Made by a program: the position numbers and the translations under genes. This document shows, piece after piece, positions 38,599-51,345 of a DNA stretch of 64,000 nt. The notes under the pieces are model-generated. The model searched no databases. It had not been told where the DNA came from and worked only from the letters and a program-made list of their open reading frames with translations. How positions within the stretch are numbered: position 1 is the first letter of the stretch; every line of letters starts with the position of its first letter. Origin of the DNA: Hypanus sabinus (taxonomy: Eukaryota); assembly GCF_030144855.1 (NCBI RefSeq), contig NC_082707.1, positions 163,060,001 through 163,124,000 on the forward strand, read 5' to 3'.

Positions 38599-40124
38599 TT
38601 TGAGCTTTCTTGTCTTTTGGGCATTTGTGACTCCAGGGCTTAAGTGTGTGAAATTCATGTGATTGCTAAGTTAGCTCATAAAAAGCGTTACTGCAATTTA
38701 ATTTCACATTGCAACAATAACACAGTTGCCTGGCTCTCCACAACTGTAAAAAAGAACTGGTAAGTGAGGGTCATATGGTGAATCCAGGCAATGGGTTGAA
38801 ACCAGCTACGTGTAATTCAATGGCACTGTTATTGCTATTAAGTCATTACAATATCCTATTTTTATTACTATAACTAAAATGTTAAAAATACTAGATGCAA
38901 CCACGTGTGAGGCATTCCAGAGATTTGTTACTTTATAAGTCACTGTGAAATATAATCTAAAATCTGTTCTATGAAGTCCAAAAATTAATTCTAATCCATT
39001 GCCCAATTTCCTAATAATAGTGAGTATTTTTTTGAAGAAGTGATTTCATACAAGCCCTTCTGGGATGTTCTTTATTTTGGATAAGTCACAAATGCTAATT
39101 TAAATGCAACACCAAGGACTGATACTTTATGGAAGGAAGAATGTGAATAGGCAATATCAAGCTGTAAAATCTCATAAAGGGCACCTCCACTTTAATAACC
39201 CTTTTAATTTACAACTAACCTGCCTTGAAATACCTCTCAGATTTGTCAATGCTTTCATGTTCATATCATGCTGAATGCCATAGCTTTCCTCCACTGTGAC
39301 CTTTTCACAGACCACTATATACAGCAACACCATAAAACCTCACACAAACATCTTCACCCTATGATCACCATCACCACCCATCCTTAACTACCACTCCACT
39401 CCTGGGATCACTATCCACAATCATTCTCCTCACTGACTGCCCTCTCCAGTCCTGCAATCTTTCCTTCCATCTACAACATTTGTCATCCAGGGCTCTGTAT
39501 TCCCTCATATTTCTCTGCAGATGATGACCTTCAACTGTTTGATCATTATCTTATGTCCTGCAATAGTTTCTCCAAAAAACCCATTTCCCCCCTTAATCTT
39601 TTGAAACCAATTACTACCTTTAGTCCAATGGTCTATTTACTGATCATAATGTCTACTTCACCTATCTACCCCAAAGACTATTGTTTCCATAACAATTATC
39701 TCTATCCTTTGCAGTCTTTGCCATGGATTACTATCTCCACTTCACTGTAATTTCTCCTATCCACTGCCACAGTTCCCACTGCTGTACCCCGTCTCTGTTA
39801 TACCACTTTCCTGTAAGACTTTTTGTCTGAAGACAGCTGATCTTTCAATTAAGATGTGTGTTGGGAAAATATTAAATACTTTGAGCCTTATTTGTCTGCA
39901 TTATCCCATCTACAACCTCTATGATTCAAGCTTGAGGAAGATATTTGCTACTGAAGCCTGGGAGACGATGGCTTGACCATTATTTCCTAAAATCTGTATT
40001 GATGACCCATGGTTTCTGATGACTATCTTACTAACTGGAGATTAAAACATGTTGCATTAAGACATGTCTCCTTGTTTCTAAATTCTAGATAATCTCACTT
40101 GACATAACAAAAACTTTAACTCGG

Positions 40125-40365
40125 AATTCATGAAGACACAAGAGACTGTAGGTACTGGAATCCAGAGGTAAAAACAAACTGTTGCTGCAACTCAAGACAG
40201 GCAACATCTGTGGAGGCAGAGAGAAAGTCAGCCTTCTGTGTTTCAGCCCAGATGTAGCATCTCAAACTGAAATGTTGACTATCCTTCTCCCCACAGATGC
40301 TGCCAGCCCTGTTGAATTCCTCTAGCAGTGTGGTCTTTGTCCAACATGTGCTGTCTTCATGAATT
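40125..40365. mobile_element. old fold-back Penelope mini-insertion
   Basis: Degenerate terminal repeats in opposite orientation; ends AATTCATGAAGACA ... TGTCTTCATGAATT. Confidence 0.6.
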
Positions 40366-40828
40366 TGTAGTCACCTGTAGTTACCACGTCTTCATCAATA
40401 CTGAGTTAATGAGTTTAGACTCCTGCTTCCTAAAGTCTGCATTGGTGGGGTATGTTCTTTATTAATTCATCTCACAGTAATCGGGCACTCCTTACAGGAC
40501 CAAGGTTTACTGTCCATCCCTAAATCCTCTTCAGAAGGTGGCAATGAGCTGCTTTTAGAAGTTCTGGAGTCCTCCTAAACAAGGTACTTCTACACTGCTA
40601 TTTGGAGTGTATCTAGGGCTGCCAGAAACTTTGTAATATCAAATGGAATAAATCAAATTTACTGGGGTTTGGCCTCTAAGATGGTGGCAGTTAGTGAAAA
40701 TAATTCCAGTCTACTCTAACCGATAAGATACATGGCTAATGGAAGCAGGTTTTCAGAAGAATGACTAATGACTCTTAAAACCTGGGTTACAGGTTCCTCA
40801 AACCCTGGGTTCCTCAAACCTTTAGACA

Positions 40829-40908
40829 CAGGGGCTCCCAACCTGAGGTCCATGGACTCCTTGGTTAATGGTGAGGCTCCATGGCATAAAAAAGGTTGGG
40901 AACCCCTG
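40829..40908. mobile_element. 80-bp hAT-type MITE
   Basis: TIRs CAGGGGCTCCCAACCT / AGGTTGGGAACCCCTG; no clean 8-bp TSD visible. Confidence 0.7.
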
Positions 40909-41805
40909 CCATAACCCTTGGTTCTGAAAGTTAATGCAAAATAACCTATGACTCTTGAAGCAAGTTAATGAAGAATATCACAGTACTTCTAAAACCCAAA
41001 TTAATAGATATTATTATAGTTTCTAGATCCAGCAAATAATGAGATATGACTAGTGACTTCTGAAGCCTGTGTTAGTGTGACATGACCCATTATTCCTGAT
41101 GTCTTGTTAGAATGACAGGACTCATAACTATTAAAGACTGTGCCACTGTGACGTGACCTACAGCTTCTGTATACTGTGTAAAGCGACATGATACGTGCTT
41201 CCTGATGTCAGTAGAACATGTCCAACAGTTCCATTATCCTGTGTTAATTTTACCTTCTGGTGAAGCCTGAGATATAAAAGAGCGACCACTGGACCCGAAG
41301 TACGTTTTTTTTCTGTGGCATAATGCCTAGTTCCTGATGCCTATGTTAGTGGAGCAGTCCCATGATTGCTAAAGCATGAGATTTACTGAAGCATGAGACA
41401 TCACTACAAATTTAGATTTTGCAATCTGCCAACTTTATGAAAATGCAGATATCAGTTTAAAGTCACAGTCTTACACTCAAATTGAAGTTAAAAGTAACAA
41501 TGCGTTATTTTCTGCTATTTAGCTGAAGAATGCCTAATTAATTTAAGAGTTGATTTCAGCATGTATATTCAGACATCTAAATGTAGTCTGGTGTGAAAAT
41601 TTATCTAAATTTCTCATTCTATATCCATTACATATGTTTTCGCTGTTTATACTCAACAGACAAAATATAACCACCTCACTCTGTATGGGTTCATGCTGTA
41701 GCCTGTCTTTTGAAAATTCCAATAAGAAAACTCACTAACTGCAGAGTAATAAAACAATATACAGGTATTGTTACTGTAAAAAAACAGTTGATTTAGTCTA
41801 GTATA

Positions 41806-42419
41806 TAGTAACAAAATGTAGATGCTTTGCAAGTTTCTGTAAAGTTTCAAAGAAACAATTCAAGCCTGTTCATATAAAGTTATAATTTTTATGAAAATTC
41901 TCAGAAATGACTGTAAAACCCACCTATTAACATTGTGATATATAGTCCAAGACTATGATGTATAATGTTACAAGATATAAGAAAATGTCAATTCTAAACA
42001 CCATTAAAGGTTTGTAAATAGATCTCAACTCCACCAACTGGAGAGGGAGGAAGGGGGTTCAGTGGACAGGTTGGATTAGCACTCATAAAAATAGCCTGGG
42101 GAGGAGGATCAAGTCAGCTCAGTGATTTGGAAAGTAACCGGGGTGAGGGAATAGATTGTAGTGCACCTCCTACTCTGGTAGTGTCCCTGGATTGCACAAT
42201 GTTACCCTGGGCCATGTGAAAATACTTCGGCATATACATGGACAAAGTCTGAAAATGAACTGTAAACCAACAAAAATTGCCATTCAGAATTTAGTTATAC
42301 CTCTTCCAATATTTTAACACCAAAAGTGGTGCAGAATGGAACAGATATTGTGACACCCAGATGGAACAGATGTTGTGAAACTTTACAGAAACTTGCAAAG
42401 CAACTACATTTTGTTACTA
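41806..42419. mobile_element. unclassified non-autonomous TIR element (~44-bp TIRs)
   Basis: TAGTAACAAAATGTAGATGCTTTGCAAGTTTCTGTAAAGTTTCA (41806-41849) is the reverse complement of 42376-42419 with one mismatch; TATA on both flanks. Confidence 0.75.
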
Positions 42420-42529
42420 TATATTATATGCCAGAGATCACTGGCATTTTCCCCTGAATTAGGCTCTTTTTTCAGCATGTTTTGGACTGTCTTAGGCTGG
42501 GAATGCGACAGTGGACTGTGTCCAAAGCA

Positions 42530-43505
42530 CAAACACGAGGAAATCTGCAGATGCTGGAAATTCAAACAACAACAACACACACAAAATGCTGGTGGAACAC
42601 AGCAGGCCAGGCAGCATCTATAGGGAGAAGCACTGTCGACGTTTTGGGCCGAGACCCTTCGTCAGGACTAACTGAAAGGAAAGATAGTAAGAGATTTGAA
42701 AGTAGTGGGGGGAGGGGGAAAAGCGAAATGATAGGAGAAGACCAGAGGGGGTGGGATGAAGCTAAGAGCTGGAAAGGTGATTGGCGAAAGTGATACAGAG
42801 CTGGAGAAGGGAAAGGATCATGGGACGGGAGGCCTCAGGAGAAAGAAAGGTGGGGGGAGCACCAGAGGGAGATGGAGAACAGGTGAACAACTAAATATGT
42901 CAGGGATGGGGTAAGAAGGGGCATTAACAGAAGTTAGAGAAGTCAATGTTCATGCCATCAGGTTGGAGGTTACTCAGCCGGTATATAAGGTGTTGTTCCT
43001 CCAACCTGAGTTTGGATTCATTTTGACAATAGAGGAGGCCATGGATAGACATATCAGAATGGGAATGGGACGTGGAATTAAAATGTGTGGCCACTGGGAG
43101 ATCCTGCTTTTTCTGGCGGACCGAGCGTAGGTGTTCAGCGAAACGGTCTCCCAGTCTGCGTTGGGTCTCACCAATATATAAAAGGTCACACCGGGAGCAC
43201 CGGACGTAGTATACCACATCAGCCGACTCACAGGTGAAGTGTCGCCTCACCTGGAAGGATCCTTTCCCTTCTCCAGCTCTGTATCACTTTCGCCAATCAC
43301 CTTTCCAGCTCTTCGCTTCATCCCACCCCCTCCGGTCTTCTCCTATCATTACGCATTTCCCCCTCCCCCCACTACTTTCAAATCTCTTACTATCTTTCCT
43401 TTCGGTTAATCCTGACGAAGGGTCTCGGCCCGAAATGTCAACAGCGCTTCTCCCTATAGATGCTGCCTGGCCTGCTGTGTTCCACCAGCATTTTGTGTGT
43501 GTTGT
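42530..43505 (-). mobile_element. young fold-back Penelope (Neptune-type) insertion with open GIY-YIG domain
   Basis: 13-bp TSD TGTGTCCAAAGCA (42517-42529, 43506-43518); ~250-bp inverted arms; ORF 42924-43250 VVYYVRCSRCDLLYIGET..RFAEH..HF...H. Confidence 0.93.
43407..43444 (+). ncRNA. minimal hammerhead ribozyme motif (sister copy 42633-42670, minus)
   Basis: TAATC-CTGACGA-AGGGTCTCGGCCC-GAAA-TG-TC-AACAG; sister copy TAGTC-CTGACGA-AGGGTCTCGGCCC-AAAA-CG-TC-GACAG. Confidence 0.7.
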
Positions 43506-44589
43506 TGTGTCCAAAGCATACTGCTCCAATTTAAACAAACAGGACCCCATAATGGTATAAATAACCTGTAAAGATTTTGAGAGGTATTGGCTAAATTTTT
43601 AAGTCTTTCCGTTTTTATTCAAAGCAGTTTCTTTAGATTTAAATTCAACAATTAGACCTTGAACTCAAGAGCTATCACAATGCAGAGCAGAGAATCACTG
43701 TTGCTGCATTCCAATCAGCTGACATTAATCACATGATCTGATCATCTTAGATAAACAGATGAATATCTACTTCATTAGACTGTTTATTTCTGAGAACGGA
43801 CAAGCGAATGTGTTTACCATTATCCAATCAAATAAATAGCAATCAATGCAAATAGTTAATTTATAATAACTGGAGAGCTCACTTTCCACAAAATACCACA
43901 GTAACATTTGCATTAATTTTGAATTTAAAATTAATACACTTTTTACATGGCATTTTTGGAAGAACGTCTAAAATTTTTGACATTTTATAATTTTCACTCC
44001 TAATACTGTAGCTTTATTATATATAAATGTTTTATTTATTCAGGAAACACCATGAATCAAAGAGGACTAATGACAATGTCATCACATTTAAGAAATGTCA
44101 CGGAATCATAGAATAATACAATACTGAACATAGCACATCGTCCTAATTCCTTGGTGCATCTATTTGATCTTATCCAGGGCCACATATTTGTTTTTCTTTT
44201 CCAATACGTATCCAAATATCTTTTGAACATTTCTATTGAATTTGGTCCCATTTGGTCAGTGTATACCAGATCACAACAATTCACCATATAAAATATGTTT
44301 CTCATGTCATCCAAGTGCCAGCTAATTTGTCCTGGTTGTTTCCAAAAGCTTTCCCACACTGATGTAGGCCATTTGCCTATGTTTACCAGGACTATTCTTC
44401 ACTTTTTAAATGGGGGAATAACATTGCAGATATTCTATAAAGAACTAAAAGATTGTGATCACAGCCTCTGCAATTTCCATCTCTTCTTCCTTCAGCTATG
44501 TAGCCTACAATAGACCTAGAATGCAGGTACAATAATGACATTTAAAAGACATTTAGACAGGAATCAGAATTGGAATTATTTTATTGTTT

Positions 44590-47500
44590 ATTATCTTTTA
44601 ACTTTCTAAGTAGTTAAAGGTGTTAGTGAGCTTTCTTGGCTCTCTCGTCAATGTGGGTGGACCACAACAGGCAATTGGTGATGTTCATTCCTTGGAACTT
44701 GAAGCTGTTAACTCTCTCAACCTCAACATTGTTGATGTAGACAGGAGCATGCGCACCATCCTCCTTCCTGAAGTCAATGATCAACTCTTTTGTTTTGCTG
44801 ATATTGAGGGAAAGGTTGTTGTTGTGACACAGGTTACTCTTGGTCTCCTTCCTGTTCTCTAACTCATCATTATTTGTGATACAGCCCACAATGATGGTGT
44901 CACCTGCAAAATTGTAGGGGGAGTTAGAGCAGATTCTGGTCACACAATCTTCAGTGTCCAGGAGGTGGTGTGGCTCTACTAGTAAAGAATGATATCAAAA
45001 CAACAGAAAGGTGTGACACAGGATCGGATGATGTTGAATCCTCATGGGTTGAGTTAAGAAACTGCAAGGGTAAAAGGATGTTGATGGCGGTTATATACAG
45101 GCCTCCCAACAGTGGCTGGGAGGTGGACCACAGATTATAACAGGAAATAGAAATGGCGAGTCAAAGGGGCAATGTTAAGGTAGTCGTGGGAGATTTTTGC
45201 ATGCAGGTTGAATGGGAAAATCAGGTTGGTAATGGATCTCAAGAGAGTGAGTTTGTTGAATACCTAAGAGATGGCTTTTTAGAGCTGTTTGTCATCGAGC
45301 CTACTAGGGGATCAGCTATACTGGATTGGGTGTTATGTAATGAACTGGAGGCAATTAGGGAGCTTAAAGTAAAAGAACCCTTCAGAACCAGTGCTCAAAT
45401 ATGATTGAGTTCAACTTGAAATTTGATAGGGAGAAAGTAAAGTCTGATGTAGCAGTACTTCAGTGGAGTAAGGGAAATTAAAGTGGTGTGAGAGAGGAGT
45501 TGGCCAAAGTAAATTGGAAGGAGCTGCTGGCAGGGATGTCAGCAGAGCAGCAATGGCGTTCATTTCTGGGGAAAATGAGGAAGGTGCAGAACATATGTAT
45601 TCCAAAAATGAAGAAATACTCAAATAGTAAAATTGTACAATCATGGACAACAAGGGAAGTCAAAGCTATTGTAAAAGCAAAAGAAAGGGCATACAACAAA
45701 GCAAAAGTTAGTGGGAAGATAGAAAATTGGGAAGTTTTTAAAAACATACAGAAAGCAACTAAAAATCATTAGAAGGGAAAAGATGAAATATGAAAGCAAG
45801 CTAGCAAATTATAATCAAGGATGATAGCAGAATTTTTTTTTAAGTACTGTATGTTAAAAATAAAGGAGAAATGAGAGTGGACATAGGACCACTAGAAAAT
45901 GAGGTTGGAGAAATGATAATGGGGACAAGGAGATGGCTAATGAACAAAATGAGTATTTTGCATCAGCCTTTACTGCATTAGACACTAGTAGTGTGCCTGA
46001 TGTAGTGTGTGAAGGAAGACATGTAGGTGCAGTTACTATTACAAGGGAGAAGGTGTTCAAAAAGCTGAAAGACCTAAAGGTACATAAATCACCCAGACCA
46101 GATAAACTGCACCCTAGGGTTCTGAAAGAGGTAGCGTTAGAGATTGTGGTGGCATTAGAAATTATCTTTCAAAAATCATCGGACTCTGGCGTGGTGCCAG
46201 AGGACTGGAAAACTGCAAATATCACTCCACTCTTTAAGAAAGGAGGAAGGCAGCAGAAAGGAAATTATGAACCAGTTAGCCTGACCTCAGTGGTTGGGAA
46301 GACGTTAGAGTCGATTGTTAAAGCTGAGGTGATGGAGTACTTGGTGACACAGGACAAGCTAGTACAAAGTCAGCATGGTTTCCTTCAGGGAAAAACCTGC
46401 CCGACAAACCTGTTGGAATTCTTTGAGGAGATTACAATTAGGATATATAAAGGGGATGTAGTGGATGTTGTATATTTGTACTTTCAGAAGGCCTCTGACA
46501 AGGTGCCACACATAAGGCTGCTTACCAGGTTAAGAGCCCATGGTATTACAGGGAAGTTACTAACATGGTTAGAGCATTGGCTGATTGGTAGGAGGCAGCG
46601 AATAGGAATAAAAGGATCCTTTTCTGGTTGGCTGCCAGTGATGAGTGGTGTTCCGCAGGGGCTGGTGTTGGGACCTGTTCTTTTTATGCTGTAAATAAAT
46701 GATTTAGATGATGCAATAGATGGCTTTGTTGCCAAGTTTGCAGATGATACAAAAATTGATGGAGGGGCAGGTAGTTTTGAGGAAACAGGTAGGATGCAGA
46801 AGGACTTAGACAGATTAGGAGAATGGGCAAGAAAGTGGCAAATGAAATTCTGTATAATGTTGGAAAACGCATGGTCATGCACTTTGGTAGTAGAAATAAA
46901 TGTGCAGACTATTTTCTACATGGGGAGAAAATCCAAAAATCCGAGACGCAAAGGACCTTGGGAGTCCTTGTGCAGAACACCTTAAAGGTTAACTTGCAGG
47001 TTGAGTCAGTGGTGAGGAAGGCAAATGCCTTCATTTTAAGAGGTCTAGAATACAGGGGCAAGGATGCTGAGGCTTTATAAGCCACTGGTAAGGCCTCACC
47101 TTGAGTACTGAGAACAACTTTGGGCACCTCATCTTAGAAAAGATGTGCTGGCATTGGAGAGGTTCCAGAGGAGGGTTAACAAGGAAGATTCCAGGAATGA
47201 AAGGGTTATTATACGAGGAACATTTGATGGCTCTGTGTCTGTACTTGCTGGAATTTAGACGGGGGATCCCATTGAAACCTTTCGAATGTTGAAAGGCCTA
47301 GACAAGTTGATGTGGAAAGAATGTTTCCCATGGTGGGAGAGTCTAGGACAAGAGCGCCCAGCCTCAGGATAGGGGGGTGCCCTTTCAAAACAGAGATGCA
47401 GAGAAATTTCTTTAGCCAAAGGGTGGTGAATTTGTGGAATTGTCACATGCAGCTGTGGAGGCCAGGTTATTGGGTGTATTTAAGGCAGAGATTCATAGGT

Positions 47501-47860
47501 TCTTGATTGGACATAGCATCAAAGGTTATGGGGAGAAGGCTGGGAACTGGGTTTGAGGAGGGAAAAAAAAAGGATCAGCCATGATTGAATGGTGGAGCAG
47601 ACTCAATGGGCCAGATGGCCTAATTCTGCTCCTATGTCTTATGGTATAGAAGTAGAGGTCTGAGGACACAGACGTGTATTGAAGATAATTGGGGTGAAAG
47701 TGTTGCTGCCTACGCTTACTGATTACTGATTATTGGTCAGGAGGTCAAGGATCCATTTGCAAAGGGAGGTGTTGAGTACGAAGGTACCTTTGGAAATGAG
47801 TTTGTTTGGAATTCTAGTACTTAAAGTGAAACTGTAGTCAATAAACAATAGTCTGACATG
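44590..47860 (-). mobile_element. Rex/Babar RT fragment (44590-44960 + 47646-47860) split by a CR1
   Basis: ORF 44623-44943 (FAGDTIIVG..LSLNISKTKELIIDFRK); colinear continuation after the CR1 tail. Confidence 0.78.
44961..47645 (+). mobile_element. CR1 LINE, near-complete decayed ORF2 (APE endonuclease + RT)
   Basis: GGGVAL, VIYRPP, VVGDF, PTRGSAILDWVL, then RT 45933-46694 (WKTANITPLFKKG, SQHGF, GVPQGLVLGP), KFADD, CR1 3' UTR; many disablements. Confidence 0.93.
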
Positions 47861-48304
47861 GATAGGAAAAGTTTAGAGCTCCAACACAAACAAATGGGAC
47901 TAGCATATTTTGACAACTTGGTCAATAGGGACTTGAAAAGAAAAAAAAGGCTAAGGGGAAAGAGTGGGATTGTTAGATTAGTTAGTATGTAGTTGTACAG
48001 AGCCAGCTGGACAAAAGGCAATATATTGCCTTCCTTTCCCTTTTTTATGCTGTCTCAAGATAAGAGGGTATGTTGTATATCACAATATCATTCTGATAAA
48101 CTTGTAAATGCTTGTGATTCTCAAAATAGTCATTCAGTCTTGGTGATTATATGTGATTTTGTTTTGTTGATTCAGCTAGAGCAAAGTAAATTGTCTTCTG
48201 TGACACATTAAATAAGATATTAAAAACCAAATTGGACATTAAGACACAATCTAAAATCATTCTACTTTGAACTGTCAAGTCTTCATCATAAATTCTGTAC
48301 TATA

Positions 48305-48854
48305 TGCTCAATGGCCACTTTACTAAGTACAGGATTGGAACCCTGGTATAGTCTTCCGCTACTGTAGCCCACCCACTTCCAGGTCTGATGTGTGGTGCAT
48401 TCAGAGATGCTCCTCTGCACATTGTGACTCTTAATTTTTTGGGTAACTAATGCCTTCCTGTCAGCTTGAACCAGTCTGGCCATTCTCTTCCAAACTCTTT
48501 CATTAGCAAGGCATTTTTGATGATAGAACCACCACTCATTAGACAGTTTTTTTGTTTTTCACATCATCCTCTACCAACTCTGCAGACTGTTGTTCCTGAA
48601 ATTCACAGGAGATCAGCAGGTTCTGAGATACTCAAACCGTCCTGTCTGGCACCAACAATTATGTCATGATCAAAGTCTCTTAAACGATCTTAGTCACTTT
48701 TCTTTCCCTTTTCTGTGTTTGTTCTGAACAAGTGAACCTCTTGACCATGTCTGCATGCTTTTATGCATTAAATTGCTGCCACATGATTGGCTGATTAGAG
48801 ATTTGCAATAATGAGCAGATGTACAGGTGTACCTAATAAGGTAGCCACTGAGTG
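48305..48854 (-). mobile_element. internally deleted Tc1/mariner DNA transposon
   Basis: TIRs TGCTCAATGGCCACTTTACTAAGTACA / TGTACCTAATAAGGTAGCCACTGAGTG, TA on the left flank; transposase N-terminal remnant ARLVQADRKA.VTQ...SISECTT (48286-48483). Confidence 0.85.
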
Positions 48855-49898
48855 TGTAATTATTACTTAAAATGGCTTTACAATGTTGGGATATTACTGC
48901 TTCCATGTTAGTTCAAGAGCACATGTTCAGGTTTGGGCACTGAGTACCCTCTTCAAGTTAAGCTCTTTCAACACCAATAATTATCTTCCTTTCTCATTAA
49001 ACATTTCTTGCATTGACTTCATTTTCTTGAAGCTTTGATATTCAGTACAATTTTTGAGAATATGTTTTACGGGCAAGTCATTGATTACAGAAAATATGTT
49101 AGCCCTTTAGTTTGGGATAAGGTGAATGAGAATAAAAAACAAGGGAGAGGAATAATCTGCATTATTTGGAGGTTTCCTTGCTAAATTGTGGTTGTGATAT
49201 TTGGCTCCTGTCTAAAGCTGGCAATAATATTATTGAAGGAAATTATGCACCAATAGGGATATAGTGTCCATGAGAAGATAAGTGACAGAGGGGAGTGTGA
49301 TAGTGGGGACAGAAAAGGGTAAGCAGAAGCACTGCTCTTGTTAGGGAAGTCGATAAATATTCTGCTTAAGTCCCAGTTGCTTCTCTAGGTTGCCACCCCT
49401 GAAAGAAAACCTTACCTCATACCCTTGCACCTAAGTCTGATTTGTAAAGGTTTATGATTGAAACTGACACACATGACTGCATTTAAGAAATACTCCAGTT
49501 CAATTGACATCAGAGGACCTTGGTGTGAATATTAATGTTAACATATTCTACTTGCTAAAGCTGACAAAATTAAAGTTGGTGAGAGAATATTGAGACTGTT
49601 TTTCAATGCCTTACGACTTCTTCGGTCCACTCCTTTATATTTGCCTTCAGCATAACAACAATGTGACACCTCTGCCCCATCATTGGTGGCCATGGCTTCT
49701 GCTGCCTCAGCCTCCTGCTCTGAAATTTAGACTTGAAAACTCTGCCTCACCAGTTCTCCATCTTTCTCTATGACCGTTCGTAAAACTCAGTGCCTTGGTC
49801 TTACTTTATGCCACCTCTACAAATGTCTCCTCTGACTTGTACTCACTTTATCAGAATATGCATCTGTCAGGCTCCTTTGGTCAATTTTCTCTATTTTA

Positions 49899-51345
49899 TA
49901 TAGATAGATACTTTATTGATTCCAAAGGAAATTAGAGTTGCATTACAAGTGCACAAATATACAAATATTAGAAGAAAAGTTAGAAAGAATAAAAAATAAG
50001 TTACCTCAAGCAATCTAACATGAGGGGGTCATCACTTCCCCGGCTATAGGTTGATTCATCATAGAGTCTAATGGCCAAGGGTAAGAATGACCTCATAGAG
50101 AGCATTTGTCTTAGTCTGTTACTAAAGGTGATCCTCTGTTCAGCCAAGGTGGCATGCAGAGGGTGAGAATCATTGTCCAGAATCACCAGGGTTTTTCATT
50201 GGTCCTTCGTTCTACCACAGCCTCCAGTATGTCCAGTGTGACTCCTATAACAGAGCCAGACCTTCTAACCAGTTTATTGAGCCTGCTGGCATCACCTTTG
50301 TTGATGTCATTGCCCCAGCACACCACTGAATAGAAGATTGCACTGGCTATAACAGACTGGTAGAACGTGTGAAGGAAAGGCCTGCAAATTCCAAAAGACC
50401 TCATTCTACTCAGGAAGTAGAGACAACTCTGGCCCTTCTTGTACACAGCCTCTGTGTTGGTGAGGCACTTTAGTCTGTCGCCCAGGTGCACTCCAGGTAT
50501 TTGTAGACTCTCACCACATCCATGTCCCTACTATCAATAGTAACAGGGAGCAGTGCAAGCTTGGTCTTCCTAAAGTCCATCACCATCTCCTTTGTCTTAT
50601 TGATGTTGAGCTACAGACGATTCAGCTTGTACCATTTGACAAAGTCCTCCATCATGGCCCTGTATTCATCCTCCCATCCTCCCTTTATACACCCAACTAT
50701 CGCTGAGTCATCAGAGAATTTCTGCAGATGGCATGACTCAGTGTTGTATCTAAAGTCCGATGTATACATTGTAAACAGGAAGGGAGCCAATACCGTCCCC
50801 TGTGGGGCCCCTGTTGCTGCTTGTAGCCATGTCTGACACACAGATCTGAAGCTGCACAAACTGTGGTCTGCTAGTCGGGTAGTTCATTATCCAGGATACA
50901 ATGGAGTGCCAATCTGCATTGAACGGAGCTTCTCCCTCAGCAATGAGGGCTGTATGGTAGTGAAGGCACTTGAGAAATCAAAAACCATGATCCTCACAGA
51001 GCTGCCCTGCTTATTCAAATGGGAGTAGGCTCTGTTCATCAGGTAGATGACATCATCATCGACTCCAATGTGCTCCTGGTAGGCAAACTGCAGGGGATTG
51101 AGGCCGGATCTGACCAGGAGTTGGAGGTGAGGCAGGACCAGCCTCTCTAGGGTCTTCATGATCTGTGAGGTTAGGGCCACTGGATGGTAGTCATTGAAGA
51201 CTTTTGGTTGGCCCTTCTTGGGTCCTGGGACCACATGGTGTTTTCTATGCAGTTGGGACCCTTTCTAGGCTGAGATTCAGATTGAAAGTGCACTGGAGAA
51301 CTCCACACAGCTGCTCAGCACACTCTTTCAGGACCTTGGGGTTCA
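49899..51345 (-). mobile_element. Rex1 LINE, decayed RT
   Basis: ORFs 50887-51234, 50611-50859, 50183-50491 (PVALTSQIMKTLERL, FDFSSAF, GAPQGTVLAPFLF, KFSDD); (TATC)n tail. Confidence 0.92.

Noticed and set aside
42482-43560. Repeated peptide THTKCWWNTAGQAAS in several ORFs, suggesting a small gene family
   Set aside because: These are translations of the non-coding Penelope terminal repeat.
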